A program made the translations under genes and the position numbers. 64,000 nucleotides of DNA from Candidatus Bathyarchaeia archaeon (GTDB taxonomy: Archaea; Thermoproteota; Bathyarchaeia; Bathyarchaeales; Bathycorpusculaceae), in the NCBI GenBank assembly GCA_038883655.1, contig JAVZLQ010000003.1, positions 1-64,000 on the forward strand, written 5' to 3'. The notes under the pieces are model-generated. The model did no database searches. It saw nothing but the letters and a program-made list of their open reading frames with translations, and was not told the origin of the DNA. This document shows, piece by piece, positions 20,390 to 30,020 of this stretch (the first letter of the stretch is position 1; each line of letters starts with the position of its first letter).

Positions 20390-21145
20390 TTAAGCTTTAC
20401 ACCGATTTTTCTTGCGGAACAAGGTAGTTAGCAGCGTTGCCGCGACAAGTATTGGTAAGATTATAGTCGATGGAAATTCTGGAATTACATGATATTGGAT
20501 TACGTATTCCATTTCCGCTGTTGTTGCGAAGTTGCCCACGTTATCTTCAGCCTCGATGACATATGTAACGTTTGTGCAGTACGGAAAACTGGGTATGGTG
20601 GCGCTCCAGATACTTCCTTCAACATTTACCATGCTAACAACACCAATCCACACGCCGCTAGCGTTTGCATAAGCATAAAAAAGCGTAACCCGCTTTACTC
20701 CACTCACACAGTCCGTAACTGTAGCGTTAACTTCAACAACATCCTCTGGAAAAACATTGTCTACTGGCGGAAATTGACATATATCCGTTATGTTAGGCGG
20801 CAACGTATCAACATAAAAACAGACCTTGCATGAAGCACCCATCCTACCAAAAGTGTCATTCGCATAAACAATGACATAATGCGCTCCCTCCACAAGTCCA
20901 GTTAACGTTGTATTCCCAGAAATCGTAACATTTGCTTGACCATCCAAAGAATAACCAATCCAAGAAACCACCTTATCAACAGTAAAAATCAACGGAACAT
21001 CCTTAACAGCATAGACAACACCATCCTCCGGAGACAAAACCTTTATGCACGGTGGCTTACAAGCCACAGCAAACCCACACAAAAAAGCCCCATAACCCAC
21101 AATAAACAAAGTCAAGAAAAACAAGCGAACAGCCTTCTCCCTCAT
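20390..21145 (-). CDS. Secreted Ig-like surface protein with PEF-CTERM sorting signal
   Basis: N-terminal hydrophobic leader, several NxT/S sequons, VIPEF + TM helix + basic tail. Confidence 0.75.
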   Translation of the reverse strand: MREKAVRLFFLTLFIVGYGAFLCGFAVACKPPCIKVLSPEDGVVYAVKDVPLIFTVDKVVSWIGYSLDGQANVTISGNTTLTGLVEGAHYVIVYANDTFGRMGASCKVCFYVDTLPPNITDICQFPPVDNVFPEDVVEVNATVTDCVSGVKRVTLFYAYANASGVWIGVVSMVNVEGSIWSATIPSFPYCTNVTYVIEAEDNVGNFATTAEMEYVIQYHVIPEFPSTIILPILVAATLLTTLFRKKNRCKA

Positions 21146-21325
21146 CCCTCAAGCCTCAAACACTCCAAGGCTAAATACACTTTTAAGGCATATTCTTAAC
21201 CAAAAAATATTACAACCCAAAACTGAACAAGCAAAAATGTTTAAATTGCTAGGTTAAACCTCACGTTAATTAAAATATGCAACCCATGAAAACCAAAGCT
21301 TCTAACCATGCCACACGAACAATTT

Positions 21326-21414
21326 TGGCGCGGGGTGCGGGATTTGAACCCGCGCGGCCCAAACGGACCACAGGCTTAGCAGGCCTGCCCCCTACCAGGC
21401 TAGGGCAACCCCGC
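21326..21414 (-). tRNA. tRNA-Ser(GCT), CCA encoded
   Basis: Cloverleaf; anticodon arm CAGGC-CTGCTAA-GCCTG, long variable arm, GGTTCAAATCC. Confidence 0.95.
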
Positions 21415-21536
21415 AATTATTCTGCACTATTTAAAACTCCGTGGAAGATTTAAAGCTTACAACAAGTTGGGAATGTTTTTGTTCTTTGCTGTAATTTAGA
21501 AGAAGTAGAGGGAGAAAAAGGCTTGTTGGTAGGGGT

Positions 21537-21593
21537 TTACTTTTTCTCTTCTTTTTTCTCTTCCTTTTTCTCCTCTTTCTTCTTCTTGGGCAT
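21537..21593 (-). CDS. 18-aa micro-peptide MPKKKKEEKKEEKKEEKK
   Basis: ATG...TAA; SD GGTGAG 5 nt upstream; TATA box TTTATATA at 21637-21630; synonymous codon variation within the repeat. Confidence 0.6.
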   Translation of the reverse strand: MPKKKKEEKKEEKKEEKK

Positions 21594-21764
21594 TTTTACT
21601 CACCAAAAATTTTGGGTGAAAAGCGTTGATATATAAAGTTTACTCACAGAAAGATTTTTATTTTTGTGTTTTACGATAGCAAATTGTTAAGAGGATATTA
21701 AGCATATGTTCGGTTCGATTTGCGTGTGTCGGATTTGCTCCGGGAATTTCGACGGTAACGGTGG

Positions 21765-22178
21765 GTGTTTGGTATGGGCATCCACGTTATCGCCGAGCTC
21801 CTCGGGGTTGACCCTCAGAGGATTTCGAGGGTTGATGTTGTACGTGAGGTTCTAGATAGGGTTGTTCTTGAGTCTGGTTTGAACTGTGTTTCTTCGAGTT
21901 TTCATCAGTTTGAGCCTTATGGTGTTTCCGCCATATACCTTTTAAGTGAGTCGCATTTGAGTGTTCACACGTGGCCGGAAAACGGGTATGTAGCCTTGGA
22001 CATATTTACTTGTGGCGATGATGGGCCGGCTTTGAAGGCTTTTCGTTTATTAGTTAGGGAATTTAGTCCAAAGGTTGTTAAAAAGCGGATGATTAGGAGG
22101 AATCCGTTTGCAAAAGGTGGAAGTAAAAATTTTAGACGCTTTAGCAAGGTCGAGGAAATCCATTTGGGAGCTTCTTGA
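21765..22178 (+). CDS. speD: S-adenosylmethionine decarboxylase proenzyme
   Basis: G.H.IAE, LSESHLSVHTWPE, DIFTCG. Confidence 0.9.
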   Translation: MFGMGIHVIAELLGVDPQRISRVDVVREVLDRVVLESGLNCVSSSFHQFEPYGVSAIYLLSESHLSVHTWPENGYVALDIFTCGDDGPALKAFRLLVREFSPKVVKKRMIRRNPFAKGGSKNFRRFSKVEEIHLGAS

Positions 22179-23145
22179 TGTTGTGGATGTTACGTTGAGG
22201 AGTTTTGTTGATGGAATCAGAAAGCTCCATAGTGAGGGGTTCGTTGCTGCCGATGACGATGGAATCTTCAGCTTAACAGAGAAGGGAAAAAGCGTTATTG
22301 ATAAGCGCGCACTGCAGTTTACAAGTGGGGTTTGTGAAAAGTGTCTTGGAAAGAGAATAACCTTCAATGGCAAGTTTATTGAGGTATTTGAAGAATATAA
22401 GAGGCTTGTTGCTGGTCGTCCACAGCCGTCTATGGATTTCTTTCAGGGGTATATGCGGGAATTTGATGTCATCGCTAGGATAGCGCTAATGCATCATTAC
22501 AACGACTTGCAAGGTAAAGAGTTCATCTTAATAGGAGATGACGACCTCGTCAGTGTTGCGCTTGCACTTACAAGGTTGCCATCGAGAATCTGCGTTTTAG
22601 ATGTTGATAAAAGGCTTGGAGAATTTTTAGGGAAAATTAACCATGAACATGCTTTTGAAATAGAGTTTGAACGCTACAACGTTGCAGATCCTCTGCCAGA
22701 AAAATACATTAACAATTTCGATGTTTTTTCATCCGAACCTCTTGAAACCGTGAGCGGATTAAAAGCGTTCATTTTGAGAGGGATAATCAGCCTAAAAGAG
22801 GGCGGGGTTGGCTATTTTGGGCTTACAACAGCCGAGGCTTCATATAAAAAGTGGATTGCCGTTGAAAAATTGTTAACGCGAATGAACTGCGTCATAACAG
22901 ACTTGATAAAGGGCTTCTCAAGATATCCAATGAATTATGAAAGCATAAATTACGAAGATTTTATTGGCAAACTGCAGATTCCAGCGAAGGAAAATCCTGG
23001 AGTCGACTGGTACAAGTCAGCGCTTTTTAGATTTGAAGTACTGAACAAATCAAAGAACGTTGGAGACATAAACAGAAAACTGCGTATAACATTTGTTGAT
23101 GAAAATGAAGATGTAACCCATCCAAAGGTCTTCTCAAAGCTTTAA
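22108..23145 (+). CDS. bpsA: Branched-chain polyamine synthase (N4-bis(aminopropyl)spermidine synthase)
   Basis: N-terminal wHTH, CxxC.G, D.FQG, GDDDL.S, DVDKRL, (D/E)P.ET; follows speD. Confidence 0.8.
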   Translation: MQKVEVKILDALARSRKSIWELLDVVDVTLRSFVDGIRKLHSEGFVAADDDGIFSLTEKGKSVIDKRALQFTSGVCEKCLGKRITFNGKFIEVFEEYKRLVAGRPQPSMDFFQGYMREFDVIARIALMHHYNDLQGKEFILIGDDDLVSVALALTRLPSRICVLDVDKRLGEFLGKINHEHAFEIEFERYNVADPLPEKYINNFDVFSSEPLETVSGLKAFILRGIISLKEGGVGYFGLTTAEASYKKWIAVEKLLTRMNCVITDLIKGFSRYPMNYESINYEDFIGKLQIPAKENPGVDWYKSALFRFEVLNKSKNVGDINRKLRITFVDENEDVTHPKVFSKL

Positions 23146-23166
23146 GTTTTGTCAAAGGTGGACTTG

Positions 23167-23670
23167 ATGGCATGGGAGAAGAATGAAAACAGTCTAGATT
23201 GGAACAAGGTAAAAGTGGAGATCAGAAAGGCTGGTCCAGAGGACTTATCTGCAATAGTTGGGCTTGCAAGGGAACTGTCTAAAAGTGAAAGCGCTATGGA
23301 TCCTATGGTTACTCCAGTTAGTAGGTTTCAAGATCCAGCTTGGATTCTTAAGAATATTGAAAAGGATAATGCGGCTGTTTTTGTGGCTACTTTTAACGGT
23401 GAAGTTGTTGGTTATGTTTTGGGTTGGGTTAGCCAGCCTTGGGATTACAAATCTGAGAGGGGATACATTTGCGATTGCTTTGTTAGGGAGAATTATAGGC
23501 GCAGAGGTGTGGGAAAAGCTCTTTGTCAAGAGATCCTAAAATGGTTTAGGAGTAGGAATGTTAATTGTGTTGAAGTGGACATTTACGCCGACAACGTGGC
23601 TTCAATTGAGCTTTTTAGGTCTTTAGGCTTTAAAGAAGTTGCAAAAAAGTTTCGCTTTACGTTTAAATGA
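23167..23670 (+). CDS. GNAT N-acetyltransferase
   Basis: V..NYRRRGVGKAL acetyl-CoA motif, N..SI.LF.SLGF. Confidence 0.88.
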   Translation: MAWEKNENSLDWNKVKVEIRKAGPEDLSAIVGLARELSKSESAMDPMVTPVSRFQDPAWILKNIEKDNAAVFVATFNGEVVGYVLGWVSQPWDYKSERGYICDCFVRENYRRRGVGKALCQEILKWFRSRNVNCVEVDIYADNVASIELFRSLGFKEVAKKFRFTFK

Positions 23671-23733
23671 GGCTATTGCCCTTTTTCAGCGTTTGTCTAG
23701 TAAATGTTTTAACTTGTTACGCATGTTTTATGA

Positions 23734-25650
23734 TTGGTGTTGCTTGTGAGTTCGTCCCTAAGCGACGCCATAAAGCGTACGTGCAGCATTCTTAGGAACG
23801 GTGCTGAAAAACAGGTTTTGGATTATGAGCAGCGCTTTTCCTACATGAAAAATCTTTACCGCGATTTGCTTTCTAACCTTATAAGGATGGATTTTGATTC
23901 TGCCGAAGCCTTTAGGACGGCTAAGGAATTTTTTGGCTCTTCAACCGTCCAGTTTGCGGGTATAGATGGCACTATGTATTCTAGACCGCTCTTTGACCTT
24001 GTCATTTTCTTTGGCGGAGCGTACGCCTCAACTGGTTCAATAACTTTTCAAGAGAATGATAAGCCCTTGGTGAGGTTTAACGAGAAAACCGTTGAGGAAG
24101 GCGCTGGAATTTCAAGCGTTGTCCCAGTTTACGTTAATGAGGTCCCAGAAATTGACCAGACATTTTTTGATTCTAGACAGCCCGAGGAGATTAGCCTAGG
24201 CAAGCCTTTGATGGACGAGGCGATAATAAGTAATGCCACTATTGCCAATTGGATAATGACTTTCGCCGAGTATTATCTCGCCTACAAGTTCGCCGCGGAC
24301 AATGAAAGGAACGTTCGCATCATCCTTTTAGATAGGAGCCTATCAATCGAGAGGGCAAGCCTCCTATATGATACTTCGAAGCGTGAACTTTGGAAAGCAA
24401 AGAGCAGTATAATCGGCTACAAAGTTGACGGTGAACCAATAGACATCAACGATTTAGCAATTGCAAGGCACCACGTTTACAACGAGGCTTTGGGACTGCC
24501 TCCGCCGAGGGCAGATTACCTGCGCCACGCAATAATAGGATTGCTTAAGAGAGAAGTAGCCCTAACCAAAAAACAGATTTTAGCTGAATTTGGCATAAAA
24601 GATGAAAAACGAACAAAAAGGGTTGAACGTGCATTAAAAAGCCTCATTGATTATGGGATTTTAAGTGAGAAAAACGCTGTTTATAGTTTAAACCCAAAAT
24701 ACGCGACAACATGGGAGCGCATAAAAAAGCTTGTCACAGGTTTGGGAGACCGCTTCTTTTTTGCCGAGAACTCTGAAACTGCAAATCTTATGAAGATTGT
24801 TAAGGATGGAAAGGAACATTGGCTTACAACGCTTGACATAGCATTCCTAACACTTTTTACACTGCACATGCTCATGGAGGAATGCTGGAAATGGCGAATT
24901 CTGCTAATAGGCATAACCAAGGACACTGCTGCAAGAGACTTCAAAAGGCAACTAATACCAATTATGCATAATGAGGGACTGCTGAAAAAAACGATTCCAC
25001 AGGAAGAGTTTGACAAGCTGCCAAACACAGACCGCATGATACTCCAATCAGTAAGCATATTCAACCCAGACGAAATCAAACCGCCGTGGAGCCTAATAGA
25101 ATACGATTCCGCTTTTAGAACGCTTGTTCCAGACAAGAAAAAGCGAAAAGGCTACGTTTCAGGCGCCATCAAAAACAAGATAGGCTTAGAAAAAACTTTC
25201 CTCAAAACTTATGTGCAGCTAAGCCAAGCTAAAACGGATAAGCTTCTCCGAAGCAACGTGTTACTCGTCGACCGATTAGCTTATCCAGAGTATGATTATA
25301 AGCCAGAGAATGTTGTTGAGTTTTGGAACGAGCTAAGTGATGGAACTAATGAGCCTGTTGAGGTTATTCTTTTCGTGGATAAGGCGGTTCCCAATCCACT
25401 GCAGAATTTGACTTTGGCTGTGCTTGTTTCTATGGCTCCGTCGAGCATTCCAGAGGCGTTTGGGCACAACAAGCCGCTTTTTGTTGCCGACAAGGTTGCG
25501 AAGTGGAATTATAGCCAATTCAAGTGTATAGTTGACACGACGGCTAATTGGATACTCAATAATCATAAATTGAGAAAATTCATATTTTACATGAGCACAT
25601 TCAGAGAGAGGAGAGCTACAATTGAAGCCGCGAGAAGAGAACAAATTTAA
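23734..25650 (+). CDS. NurA-family nuclease with internal winged-helix insertion
   Basis: AGIDGT, LLDRS, GITKD, GHNKPLFVADK motifs; wHTH-like segment around aa 265-325. Confidence 0.75.
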   Translation: MVLLVSSSLSDAIKRTCSILRNGAEKQVLDYEQRFSYMKNLYRDLLSNLIRMDFDSAEAFRTAKEFFGSSTVQFAGIDGTMYSRPLFDLVIFFGGAYASTGSITFQENDKPLVRFNEKTVEEGAGISSVVPVYVNEVPEIDQTFFDSRQPEEISLGKPLMDEAIISNATIANWIMTFAEYYLAYKFAADNERNVRIILLDRSLSIERASLLYDTSKRELWKAKSSIIGYKVDGEPIDINDLAIARHHVYNEALGLPPPRADYLRHAIIGLLKREVALTKKQILAEFGIKDEKRTKRVERALKSLIDYGILSEKNAVYSLNPKYATTWERIKKLVTGLGDRFFFAENSETANLMKIVKDGKEHWLTTLDIAFLTLFTLHMLMEECWKWRILLIGITKDTAARDFKRQLIPIMHNEGLLKKTIPQEEFDKLPNTDRMILQSVSIFNPDEIKPPWSLIEYDSAFRTLVPDKKKRKGYVSGAIKNKIGLEKTFLKTYVQLSQAKTDKLLRSNVLLVDRLAYPEYDYKPENVVEFWNELSDGTNEPVEVILFVDKAVPNPLQNLTLAVLVSMAPSSIPEAFGHNKPLFVADKVAKWNYSQFKCIVDTTANWILNNHKLRKFIFYMSTFRERRATIEAARREQI

Positions 25651-27496
25651 CAACTTTTGCTTCACAGATTTTGATGGACGATTCCGCGCTAGGCTAGCCG
25701 CTGTAATTCCAAGATACTTCGGAACAGAAGAAACAAAAATTTCCGGAACAAGCGCGCGGTACCAGTGCCGAATAAAAGTCGAGTACCAAAAAGATTTGAT
25801 GGGACTATTGGAAGAGGGCATGCTTCTGGCAGTTAAAAACTTTAAGCAACAAGGCAACGAATTTGAAAGATACACGCTTATGGAGATCAGCCGCATATGG
25901 CCAGAACATTTTGGGCTTCGCGGGTTGTCAGATCACGGCTATTATCCCATGCAGTTTGAGATTATAGAGCAGTCTGAGGAGGATTGGCTTACAGACGACA
26001 AGTCGACGATGATGATTCAGATAGATGCAATCCCAATAAACTATGACTTGATTATGGACAAAGAATACAAGTTTCAGTTTGTTAAGGGCTTCTCCTATCC
26101 GGTTGTTGGAAGCCCAACCTACATCCTAAACGGCGACATGATAAACCGCATGTATAACCAAAAAATCGCTGAGTCTTTTGGCATAGATCCATCCAAAACG
26201 GTGGCTGACGCGCGGGCAGACCCAAGGCTTGGCTTAATCAAAATGTTTCAGACAAGCAAGACTGTAATTCCAATATACGTGGATTTTGAAAAGCTTGTAC
26301 GCTACCACTTCGGTATTTTCGCCTTTACGGGCGGAGGAAAAAGCAACCTAATGTCGAATATTTTAAGGCGAATTTTGCTTCACACGGAGGACATAAAAGT
26401 TGTAATCTTTGACATAAGCTGCGAGTACGTTTTCCTCCTGCTTGACCTTCTCGCAGACCCAAGTTTCGTGGCTAAGGTCATCATGGAAAACAAGATTGAG
26501 TCTGTGGATGTTTTCTTTAACTCGGTTGTTAAGCCGAAAGATTATGAAAATGATGAGCGAATCAAGGCTGGACTAGCGCAGATAATGGAGCAAGGCAAAC
26601 TCACATACTATAAGAGACCGAGACAGAAAATTCCAACATACAGCGAATTCCTCAGCGAATTAAGCGAGTACAGGCGGAAAGACGCGGACAAGCCCAACTA
26701 CGTTAACGCCATCGACGAAATTCAGGATGCAGTCTTAACATACATGGAGGAGCACGGCGCCCTCGAAAACCAAGAAGTAAACGACAAATTCATCGAATAC
26801 GTTGATAAGGTGGCAAGAGCCAAAGTAGAAGAGTTCAAGGTTTCGGATAAAAGCCAGCTCTATGCTTGGGCAACAACACGAAACACGCTTCTTGAACGGT
26901 TAAGGCGCAGAGAGAAAAGCGAAGAAAAAACCAAGGGTGGGTTAACAACAGAGAAGATTCGTGAAATGCTCGAAGACAAGAAGACAAGGCTTCTGTGCAT
27001 CTCAATCGCAGACCCATACACGATAAAAGAGTTGGCGATAAACCTAACAAATGACCTGCTCGTTAAAAGAAAACGTAGGTTCCAAACAAAACCATACGTT
27101 TTATTGGTTTTTGACGAAGCGCAAGAGTTTATCCCAAGCGGTGGCTCGGGAATAGAAGCCAAATGTTCCGCGCACGTGGAAACACTACTTAGACAAGGAC
27201 GCAAGTATGGGATAGGCGTATGCATAGCAACACAACGCATCGCCTACCTAAACACAAACGCGCTTCAACAACTACACACATACTTTGTTGGCACGCTGCC
27301 AAGACCGTATGACCGAAACCTTGTAAGCGACACATTCATGATAGACAAAAGCATACTAGAGAAAACCTTGGAGTTCGCGCCTGGCGAGTGGCTACTATCA
27401 AGCTATATAGCAACGGGTATAGAAAATGTGCCAATATTCATAAAGGCAGACAACGCAGAAAACGAGATAGAAAAATACCTAAAAAATAACTCTTAA
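25622..27496 (+). CDS. HerA/FtsK-family ATPase
   Basis: HFGIFAFTGGGKS (Walker A), VFDEAQ (Walker B), RQGRKYG...ATQR; N-terminal HAS-barrel-like region. Confidence 0.9.
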   Translation: MKPREENKFNNFCFTDFDGRFRARLAAVIPRYFGTEETKISGTSARYQCRIKVEYQKDLMGLLEEGMLLAVKNFKQQGNEFERYTLMEISRIWPEHFGLRGLSDHGYYPMQFEIIEQSEEDWLTDDKSTMMIQIDAIPINYDLIMDKEYKFQFVKGFSYPVVGSPTYILNGDMINRMYNQKIAESFGIDPSKTVADARADPRLGLIKMFQTSKTVIPIYVDFEKLVRYHFGIFAFTGGGKSNLMSNILRRILLHTEDIKVVIFDISCEYVFLLLDLLADPSFVAKVIMENKIESVDVFFNSVVKPKDYENDERIKAGLAQIMEQGKLTYYKRPRQKIPTYSEFLSELSEYRRKDADKPNYVNAIDEIQDAVLTYMEEHGALENQEVNDKFIEYVDKVARAKVEEFKVSDKSQLYAWATTRNTLLERLRRREKSEEKTKGGLTTEKIREMLEDKKTRLLCISIADPYTIKELAINLTNDLLVKRKRRFQTKPYVLLVFDEAQEFIPSGGSGIEAKCSAHVETLLRQGRKYGIGVCIATQRIAYLNTNALQQLHTYFVGTLPRPYDRNLVSDTFMIDKSILEKTLEFAPGEWLLSSYIATGIENVPIFIKADNAENEIEKYLKNNS

Positions 27497-27515
27497 AACA
27501 ATGAAGGAAAAGTTT

Positions 27516-28478
27516 TTAGGCTATCCCGCATTTTTTGAGTAGTCGTTTCCATCTTTCGTCTGTTATGCGCTGTATCTCGTCAAGCAGCTTTTCGTATTTT
27601 GGTGTAAATAGATGCCTAAATCGTCCTTGCACTTGTAGGTATTCCTTTACTGGCTTCTTCTTTTCTGGGTTTTGGGCTAAGACTTTGCTTGGTGTTGAAA
27701 GTTGGTATTCGCCGTTTATTGCTTCCCATAAGGGGAATACACATGTTTCCACTGCCAAACGCGAAAGTTCTATTGTTTTGGCTTGGTCGCTTCGCCATCC
27801 ACGTGGGCAAGGCGCGAAAACGTGCAGAAAAGCTGGTCCGTTTACTTCTAAGCCTCTGCGCACTTTTGTTATTAGGTCTCGCCAGTAAAAGGGCGATGCT
27901 GTTGCCACGTATGGCATTTCGTGAGCCACCATGATGTCTGCTATGGGTTTTTTGTGTTCAAGCTTTCCAGGTATGACTGTGCCTGCTGGTGATGTTGTTG
28001 TTGACGCACCTAGTGGGGTCCCTCCGCTTCGCTGTATGCCAGTATTCATGTACGCCTCATTATCGTAGAGCACAAAGAGGAAGTCGTGTCCCCTTTCAAC
28101 GGCTCCAGAAAGCGCTTGTATTCCAATGTCGTATGTTCCGCCGTCCCCTGCAAGCGCAATAACGTCTACATGCTCGTATTTTATGCGCCCTTTCTTCTTC
28201 AGAATTTTTATGGCGACGTCGATTCCAGAAGCGTTTGCAGCGGCGTTTTCAAACGCTGTGTGAAGCCATGGAATAGCCCATGAAGTGTATGGGTATATGG
28301 ATGAGACTACTTCCATGCATCCAGTTGCGTTTGTCACTATCGTTGGTCCCCTAACGGCTTTCATTATTAGTCGCAGGACTGTTGCTGGTCCGCATCCAGC
28401 GCATGCTCTATGCCCAGACATGAAGAAGTCTGGTTTTTCAGCTATGTCCTTTGCGGTGAACTTCCATTCTGTAAACAT
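27516..28478 (-). CDS. porB: Pyruvate/2-oxoacid:ferredoxin oxidoreductase beta
   Basis: GHRACAGCG, GDGG, DNEAYMNTGIQRS, PCP.GW. Confidence 0.92.
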   Translation of the reverse strand: MFTEWKFTAKDIAEKPDFFMSGHRACAGCGPATVLRLIMKAVRGPTIVTNATGCMEVVSSIYPYTSWAIPWLHTAFENAAANASGIDVAIKILKKKGRIKYEHVDVIALAGDGGTYDIGIQALSGAVERGHDFLFVLYDNEAYMNTGIQRSGGTPLGASTTTSPAGTVIPGKLEHKKPIADIMVAHEMPYVATASPFYWRDLITKVRRGLEVNGPAFLHVFAPCPRGWRSDQAKTIELSRLAVETCVFPLWEAINGEYQLSTPSKVLAQNPEKKKPVKEYLQVQGRFRHLFTPKYEKLLDEIQRITDERWKRLLKKCGIA

Positions 28479-28493
28479 TCCTATTTTCGCCTC

Positions 28494-29726
28494 CTACTCT
28501 CTTAATCCAACATAACTCACGAGGTTCTCAACGCGGCCTTTTTCGATTATTCGTTGTAGGTCTTTGAAGATTCCGTGAATTTGCGCCATATTTGTGTCTC
28601 TTCCGCCAAGCCCATAAATGTAGTTTACGATGCGTGGGCGCTTCTGTGAATCGTAAAGTGCGTTTCGAATTTCTTGAAAAACTGGTCCTCCGTTTCCTCC
28701 AAAACTCATGCATCTATCCATTATGGCTATCGCCTTAACATTTTCAAGCGCCTTAACAACGCCTTTTGCTGGGAAAGGTCTGAAGGTGCGCATTCTGAGC
28801 AACCCGGCCTTTACGCCTTTCGCCCTAAGCTCGTCAACAACACTTTTCACTGTTCCAGCTGTTGAACCCAAGCAAACTATTCCGATTTCGGCATCTTCAA
28901 TGAAATACGGTTCGAGCAGCCCGTCACCGTATTTTCTTCCGCTTATCTCAGCATATTCATCATTAACTTGACTGATTACCTTCAAGGCGTTTATCATGGC
29001 TTCTTCTTGTTGACGTTTAAACTCGAAGTAGTAGTTTGGTAGGGCTATTGGTCCCATCGTTGTTGGGTATTCTGGGTCAAGCCTGAAAGGCACAGTTTTT
29101 CCCTCGTGGTTTATTACTGTTGGGAACTGCCTTACACCTATAAACTTCTTTACAACATCGTCTGGAAGTACATGCACATTTTCAAGCGTGTGACTTAAAG
29201 TGAAGCCGTCTAAGCCGACAATTGCTGGGAGCAGAACTTCTGGGTTTTCAGCTATCTTGAAGGCTTGAATTATGGAGTCGTATGCCTCCTGCGCGTTTTC
29301 AACGTAAATTTGAATCCATCCGCTGTCTCTCTGCGCCATGGTATCAGAATGGTCGCCGTGAATGTTTAAGGGTGCTGATAAGGCTCTGTTGGCTATTGCC
29401 ATAACAACTGGCGCGCGGCATCCAGAAGTCACAAAGAGCATTTCATGCATCAACGCTAAACCAGCAGACGCGGAAGCTGTGAAGGCTCTTGCGCCGGTCA
29501 CTGAAGCAGCGAGGCAAGCGGTTAGTGCGCTGTGTTCTGATTCTGTGCATATGAACTGCGTTTCAACCTCGCCGTTTGCAACGTACTCGCTGAACCTTTC
29601 CACAATTATCGTTTGTGGTGTTATTGGATAAGCGGCAACAACATCTACATCCGACTGCTTCGCAGCGAAAGCCACAGCCTCGTCTCCGTTTAGGGCTAAA
29701 ACCTCTTGTTTAACAACACTTTTCAT
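28494..29726 (-). CDS. porA: Pyruvate/2-oxoacid:ferredoxin oxidoreductase alpha
   Basis: YPITPQT, ESEHSA, NRALSAP, YGLGGRD. Confidence 0.92.
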   Translation of the reverse strand: MKSVVKQEVLALNGDEAVAFAAKQSDVDVVAAYPITPQTIIVERFSEYVANGEVETQFICTESEHSALTACLAASVTGARAFTASASAGLALMHEMLFVTSGCRAPVVMAIANRALSAPLNIHGDHSDTMAQRDSGWIQIYVENAQEAYDSIIQAFKIAENPEVLLPAIVGLDGFTLSHTLENVHVLPDDVVKKFIGVRQFPTVINHEGKTVPFRLDPEYPTTMGPIALPNYYFEFKRQQEEAMINALKVISQVNDEYAEISGRKYGDGLLEPYFIEDAEIGIVCLGSTAGTVKSVVDELRAKGVKAGLLRMRTFRPFPAKGVVKALENVKAIAIMDRCMSFGGNGGPVFQEIRNALYDSQKRPRIVNYIYGLGGRDTNMAQIHGIFKDLQRIIEKGRVENLVSYVGLRE

Positions 29727-29741
29727 GCTTCACACCATCCC

Positions 29742-30020
29742 CTATTCAAGTTTCATCTCTATAGCTTTTGTTGGGCATTCGTTTGCGCATATGCCACATC
29801 CCTTACAGAAGTTAAAGTCAAACTCTATATCGTTTGCCTCCGGCTTCCAGTGTATTGCACCATCTGGACAGAATATGACGCAGAGCAAACATCGAGTGCA
29901 TTTTGCTTGATCGCGAACTGGCTTGTAGGTTTTCCAGTCTCCGGTTAAGAATTGTGTGCTTGGTTTCCAGCATACGCCAGCTGGAGAAATCTCTTTCCAA
30001 CCTTTTTCTTTCTGTGTCAT
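29742..30020 (-). CDS. porD: 2-oxoacid:ferredoxin oxidoreductase delta (2x4Fe-4S)
   Basis: TGDW, two CxxCxxCxxxCP motifs. Confidence 0.92.
   Translation of the reverse strand: MTQKEKGWKEISPAGVCWKPSTQFLTGDWKTYKPVRDQAKCTRCLLCVIFCPDGAIHWKPEANDIEFDFNFCKGCGICANECPTKAIEMKLE

Noticed and set aside
22108-22178. Programmed +1 frameshift fusing SpeD to BpsA
   Set aside because: The 71-nt overlap is explained by an SD (AGGAGG) just upstream of the bpsA TTG; no shifty stop site seen.
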